A DNA stretch of 64,000 nt from Eledone cirrhosa. Lineage: Eukaryota. This document shows positions 59,780-64,000 of the stretch, one piece after another. The position numbers and the translations under genes were made by a program. The notes under the pieces were generated by a model that worked only from the letters and a program-made list of their open reading frames with translations, did not search any database and had not been told where the DNA came from. Each line of letters begins with the position of its first letter. Within the stretch, counting starts at the first letter, position 1. The stretch is taken from contig OZ024759.1 of assembly GCA_964016885.1 (NCBI GenBank), forward strand, positions 34,596,001-34,660,000, in the 5' to 3' direction.

Positions 59780-60197
59780 CGACTCAATAAAATGTAGTTC
59801 GGTGTTGTTGGCACACACACAATATAATCACCGTCATTGATTTCCACATCTTTAACAACGATAGCCATCAGCTAAGATGTTGTCTTCATTCATACAACTA
59901 CAGTCAGCCATTGCTCTTTTGTTTTACTGGCGTTTCTTTCTTTGTTTTCATTCTGTATGTGTGTGTATGTGGAGTGTGTGTGTGTTGTGTGCGTGTTATT
60001 ATTATTAATATTATTATTATATATAAAGAAATATAAAACAATATCAAGAAAAATGTAAAAGAAATTACTTTTTATATTGTTTTATTATTGACCATTATTT
60101 TTTTTTTATTGTTTTGTTGTTTTTATTATATTATTTCTTTATTAATATTATTATTATCATCATTATTATTATTATTATCATTATTATTATTATTATT

Positions 60198-60680
60198 GTG
60201 TCAGACGCCATGCTTTGCTGCATAGAGCTATGTCCCTTTACATTCTGAGTTCAAATCCCGCTGAGGTTAACTTTGCCTTTCATCCTTACGGGGTCGATAA
60301 AATAAAGTACCAGTAATACACTGGGATAATTGCTGGCCTTGTGCCAAATGTAGAAACAGTTATTATTATTATTATTGTTCTTTGAGTCTCAGTCATTGAT
60401 GTTATTTAACTGGAAAGTTTGTTGAAATGAATATCAAGCCATTACCTGCAGCCTCAGACATTCAGGACGTTTTATTATTATTATTTCTATACGGTGGATT
60501 GGCAGTATCGGCAGAGGGTCGGACGCCATGCTTTGACGCATAGAGTTACGGCCCTTGCCATTCTGAGTTCAAATCCCGCCGAGGTTAACTTTGCCTTTCA
60601 TCCTTACGGGGGTCGATAAAATAAAGTACCAGTAATGCACTGGGTAATTGCTGGCCTTGTGTCAAAAGTAGAAACAATTA
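60198..60680 (+). mobile_element. Two SINE family 1 copies (~60198-60375, ~60492-60680)
   Basis: B-box, core, tail. Confidence 0.85.
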
Positions 60681-61244
60681 TTTCTATATGGTGTCTTTTC
60701 TTTCTTCCTTTCTTTCTTCCTTTCTTTCTTCCTTCCTTTCTTCCCCCATTTTCTTTCCTTCAACAATTGTTTCATTGTTGCCATCTATTCAGTTATCACT
60801 TCTCTTACACTTTCCTCTTTTGTTGCTGCTCTCACTTTTATCGTTTCTTCTTCTTCTTCTTCTTCTTCTTCTTCTTCTTCTTCTTCTTCTTCTTCTTCTT
60901 CTTCTTCTTCGTCTACGTTGCCTTCTTCTTCTTTGCCTCTTTCTTCTTCTTTGCCTTCTTCTTCTTCGTGTGTTTTTTAAGATAGCAAAAAGAATAGTAA
61001 AAATAAGAAAAACGAGGAAAAGCCAATACTTTCTGTACACATATACATACATACATATACGCATTCATGCATATATATGTGTGTGAGTCTGTGTGTGTAT
61101 AAAATGTGTGTTTATTTATAAATGTGTAAAGAAGGATGTATGCGCATATATATATATAGACGCATACATATATAAATATAATATAATATATATATATAGG
61201 CGTATATATATATATAAATATAATATAACATATATATATATACG

Positions 61245-61343
<99 letters not shown>

Positions 61344-61659
61344 TCTCCAAGCGGTTCTGCAAAAGCAAGAAAAGTATTTACTGTGTGTGGGACAATGAAA
61401 TGTTTGTATAAGTTGTAAAGGAACATTTATGTAACGATGGACGGGGGACAGCTACGTGCTATTAGAGGCATGTTTGTGAAAAGCTGGTCTGACGTGGTTT
61501 TAATGGCGACAGGTGGTAATAGTTTTAGTTGAGAAGAAAGGATTAACTGTAACTCAAGACATTCGTGACTTATCTGCCCTTGTTTGTGAAATCGATGCTG
61601 TTGATATTCACTTGAAAAAACTGCAGGTTGTTGCTTGTTTCAATAAAGTGTAGAAGGTT

Positions 61660-61840
61660 TGATTGGTAGATCTTACGGCCTTTTATGTTCTGAGTTCAAA
61701 TCCCGCCAAGGTTAGCTTTGCCTTTCATCCTTACAGGGTCGATAAAATAAAGTACCAGTAATGTACTGGGGTCGATTTAATCAACTTTGCCCTCACCCTA
61801 AATTGCCGGCCTTGTGCCTATAGTAGAAACAATTATTATT
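61660..61840 (+). mobile_element. SINE family 1
   Basis: B-box, core, tail. Confidence 0.85.
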
Positions 61841-62284
61841 TGTTATTGATTTAATCATGTGAACCAATAAGTTCAGCGTATTTAACGTTAGGAGGCGTGT
61901 TGTAGTAAAGTAGATCGTTTTTCTATACTATCTTCCTACGGTAATGAAATCAATGCGTTTTATATTCAGTTTGAATGGCTGCAAGTGGTGGACTGTGGGA
62001 ATAATGTGGAGATGGTAGGGACGAGAAACAAGTTATTATTTCTATTGTCTATTTAAGAATAACATATGAAGGGTAAATCTGAGAGAATCCCTTTTTGTTA
62101 ATTTGTATTATTATTCATTTGATAATCTATAACAAAACATGGAGTGTCTTTAGCTGAAGGTAAGTTGCTGCTATACAGCAGGACACGTGGGAAAGTAACA
62201 AGATGGATATGAACGCCAGAATACATTAAAAAGTAAAAGAAATGTATATAAAGCCTGATCCTATGTAATTATGTATAATAAACA

Positions 62285-62420
62285 GTTCATGTGCTCCAGT
62301 ACACTCAGAGGAAAATAGGTGCCAACAATAGCTGGGGATTTAACACTGCAGTGTACTAGCGTGTTGTCCTAGGGGGTATCTTGTACTCTCAGTCGCTTCA
62401 TGCTATGAAGCCGAGATAAG
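62285..62420 (+). mobile_element. SINE family 2, 3' part
   Basis: gctccagtacactcag...caatagctggggatttaac matches ~2580-2640. Confidence 0.6.
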
Positions 62421-62580
62421 TACCAACCTATCATACCTTTGGCTAAGACAGACTTTAAATAATAAACATACACATGTGTATGTGTATGTATGTGAGAATA
62501 TATATGTGTGTGTGTGTGTGTGTGTGAATGTATATGTGTGCATGTATGTATATATGCCTGTGTATGTATGATTGTATGTA

Positions 62581-62615
<35 letters not shown>

Positions 62616-62882
62616 GGGACTGGCTTTGTGCAGTGCCTTTGCTCACTATAAAAGCTTCACGGCACAGGCATTGCTTTATATCTGGAGATCTCTCTGCACT
62701 TGTCGTCACATGGTACCATGGGCCCAGCACTATGTGTCAGTAATTGTCACAAGTGTAGTGTTTGTACCAGACTTTTCAAGTCGCTGGCTGGACTAAAAAG
62801 TCACACTTATTCAGCGCATCGGTAGGGGTTCTCCTACATGGATATAAAGTAGTGACCATACTCGAAAACGAGTTGGCAGCCA

Positions 62883-62932
<50 letters not shown>

Positions 62933-63372
62933 ACATCTATGCATATATGTGTGTGTATGTATATATATATATATGTGTGTGTGTACGTATATATAGGTGT
63001 ATATATATATACAGGAAGAATGAGCTTGAAGGGAGAAGAACCAACGTGAGTAATGGATTGGTAATATATTCATCGATTTCGGAAGGATGAAAGGAAAAGT
63101 TAACTCAAGAGGGATTTGAACTGCGAAGGCAATGAGTTGGAACAAACACCGAGTCATTTAACTCCACGCTTTAATACCTCTATTACTTCCACGCCTCACT
63201 AAACGGTTAAATAATAAATAACCAGGCAAGGGAGATAACTCCATTGAGATAAGTCGATCGTAGTTATTTTTTCAAGGTCACAGACAATTCAGATTACAGT
63301 GGAGATGGTCTTTTAAAGACGTCTGTTAACTAAACTTATTGAACTTCAGTTAGAACGGCATATTGGAAATAT

Positions 63373-63550
63373 AATTGTTTCTACTTTAGGCACAAGGCCA
63401 GCAATTACCCAGTGCATTACTGGTACTTTATTTTATCGACCCCGTAAAGATGAAAGGCAAAGTCAACCTCGGCGGATTTGAACTCAGATCGTAAAGGGAC
63501 GTAACTATGCTGCAAAGCATGGCGTCCGACCGTCTAACGATTCTGCCAAT
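63373..63550 (-). mobile_element. SINE family 1
   Basis: Reverse complement of tail, core, B-box and head; another diverged minus fragment at ~63065-63130. Confidence 0.85.
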
Positions 63551-63579
63551 AAATCTCAAAGAGCGTTATTGATTGACCA

Positions 63580-63658
<79 letters not shown>

Positions 63659-63746
63659 TACACAGTATTCACAACAGCATGGAACTTCTAAATAACCATT
63701 TATGTATATTCATACATACATTAATAGACATCTACATACATGTAAT

Positions 63747-63784
<38 letters not shown>

Positions 63785-63792
63785 TATATGTA

Positions 63793-63832
<40 letters not shown>

Positions 63833-64000
63833 GATATATATATGTATGTATGTATGTATAAATGTGTATACATGAAAATATATATACATACATGGAAACC
63901 TATGTATATATATATGTGTGTATGTGTGCTTATACACATAATCGAAACTTAAACGAAATTTGAGATCTATAAATACACACACGTATAAATATATATATAT

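Noticed and set aside
62144-62165. Possible 6-nt microexon (tttag CTGAAG gtaagt)
   Set aside because: Strong donor but almost no pyrimidine tract; chance match likely

Overview
Eukaryotic, very AT-rich, microsatellite-saturated non-coding DNA. The (TA)n/(CA)n load and the tRNA-type SINEs with a Nin/Deu-like core suggest a mollusc, most likely a coleoid cephalopod such as octopus (inference). I see no convincing host protein-coding exon; nearly all listed ORFs are translated simple repeats. Recognisable content: about 25 SINE copies from two families, decayed LINE fragments (R4/Dong-like and RTE-like), a Tc1/mariner-type MITE and several minisatellites/satellites. Main signals: (1) a 591-bp tandem trimer (48901-50565) with a minus-strand type I hammerhead ribozyme in each unit, carrying a compensatory U3-A8 core and a palindromic stem III, i.e. 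a retrozyme-like candidate source of 591-nt (circular) RNA; (2) at least six unrelated small (TA)n-embedded elements with one shared head-to-head fold-back plus one-sided extension architecture, often around full or half hammerheads (Penelope-like remnants); (3) a branchpoint-polypyrimidine-CAG|GTGAGT recursive splice site candidate at 28777/28778, hinting that the window lies in a giant + strand intron; (4) recurrent YY1/Pho motifs; (5) a 1.1-kb AT-rich palindrome. Everything was read by eye; repeat boundaries are approximate.
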